From Balanoglossus misakiensis (Eukaryota > Animalia > Hemichordata), in NCBI GenBank assembly GCA_040954595.2, contig CM082587.2:1827000-1890999 (forward strand): DNA of 64,000 bases. Reading direction: 5' to 3'. The notes beneath the pieces are model-generated. The model worked only from the letters and a program-made list of their open reading frames with translations, had not been told where the DNA came from and ran no database searches. A program made the position numbers and the translations under genes. This document shows positions 62,955-64,000 of the stretch, in pieces (position 1 is the first letter of the stretch; every line of letters starts with the position of its first letter).

Positions 62955-64000
62955 TAACCCATGGTTTTTATCAAAAAATGACCAAATTTTGAAATTTCGC
63001 GAAGTCGAAAAATTGACATTTCTGGATGATTTTCATGAGCTATAACCCATGGTTTTTATCAAAAAATGACCAAATTTTGAAATTCCGCGAAGTCGAAAAA
63101 TTGACATTTCTGGATGGTTTTCATTAGCTATAACCCATGGTTTTTATCAAAAAATGACCAAATTTTGAAAATTCGCAAAGTCGAAAAATCTTCGATTTCT
63201 GACGATTTTCCTGAGCTATAACCCATGGTTTTTTCAAAAAATGACCAAATTTTGAAAATTCGCAAAGTCGAAAAATCTTCGATTTCTGACGATTTTCCTG
63301 AGCTATAACCCATGGTTTTTTCAAAAATGACCAAATTTTGAAAATTCGCAAAGTCGAAAAATCTTCGATTTCTGACGATTTTCCTGAGCTATAACCCATG
63401 GTTTTTTCAAAATTTCTGACGATTTTCCTGAGCTATAACCCATGGTTTTTATCAAAAAATGACCAAATTTTGAAAATTCGCAAAGTCGAAAAGTCTTCGA
63501 TTTCTGACGATTTTCCTGAGCTATAACCCATGGTTTTTTCAAAAAATGACCAAATTTTGAAAATTCGCAAAGTCGAAAAATCTTCGATTCCTGCCGATTT
63601 TCCTGAGCTATAACCCATGGTTTTTTCAAAAAATGACCAAATTTTGAAAATTCGCAAAGTCGAAAAATCTTCGATTTCTGACGATTTTCCTGAGCTATAA
63701 CCCATGGTTTTTTCAAAAAATGACCAAATTTTGAAAATTCGCAAAGTCGAAAAATCTTCGATTTCTGACGATTTTCCTGAGCTATAACCCATGGTTTTTT
63801 CAAAAAATGACCAAATTTTGAAAATTCGCAAAGTCGAAAAATCTTCGATTTCTGACGATTTTCCTGAGCTATAACCCATGGTTTTTATCAAAAAATGACC
63901 AAATTTTGAAAATTCGCAAAGTCGAAAAATCTTCGATTTCTGACGATTTTCCTGAGCTATAACCCATGGTTTTTATCAAAAAATGACCAAATTTTGAAAA
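62955..64000. repeat. Tandem satellite, ~87-bp unit, about 12 copies, continuing beyond the window
   Basis: Unit GAGCTATAACCCATGGTTTTTTCAAAAAATGACCAAATTTTGAAAATTCGCAAAGTCGAAAAATCTTCGATTTCTGACGATTTTCCT. GAGCTAT recurs at 63213, 63300, 63386, 63430 (after a 44-bp truncated unit), 63518, 63605, 63692, 63779, 63866 and 63954. Confidence 0.97.

Noticed and set aside
63124-63891. Repetitive ORFs of 68-160 aa on the minus strand
   Set aside because: Translations of the 87-bp (29-codon) satellite; frames break at 86-, 88- and 44-bp units.
62955-64000. CRISPR-like array
   Set aside because: Units are contiguous and near-identical with no unique spacers; eukaryotic context and no cas genes.

Overview
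Eukaryotic, AT-rich, intron-containing DNA. The gene content suggests an invertebrate deuterostome such as a hemichordate; this is inference. Left two-thirds: the 3' part of heparan-sulfate 2-O-sulfotransferase HS2ST1 (+; exon 1 is outside the window). Its 27.6-kb intron holds a complete same-strand nested gene for a secreted, probably GPI-anchored enzyme resembling bacterial sphingomyelinase C. Further right, tightly packed: C9orf78/TLS1 (-, 11 exons plus a candidate 9-nt microexon); two tandem B4GALNT1/2-like genes with intronless CDSs (-), one catalytically intact and one a full-length paralogue lacking the DXD and donor-binding motifs but keeping all dimerisation cysteines; a divergently oriented galactose-3-O-sulfotransferase-like gene (+) with a spliced C-terminal MAM-like domain; and a convergent allatostatin-A/galanin/kisspeptin-type GPCR (-). 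Repeats: a TA-flanked Tc1/mariner-type MITE, a loop-less 70-bp palindromic element with a 9-bp target-site duplication, a LINE RT relic, microsatellites and an 87-bp satellite array running off the right edge. All gene models were assembled by eye from splice signals and frame, and family calls come from remembered motifs, not database searches.
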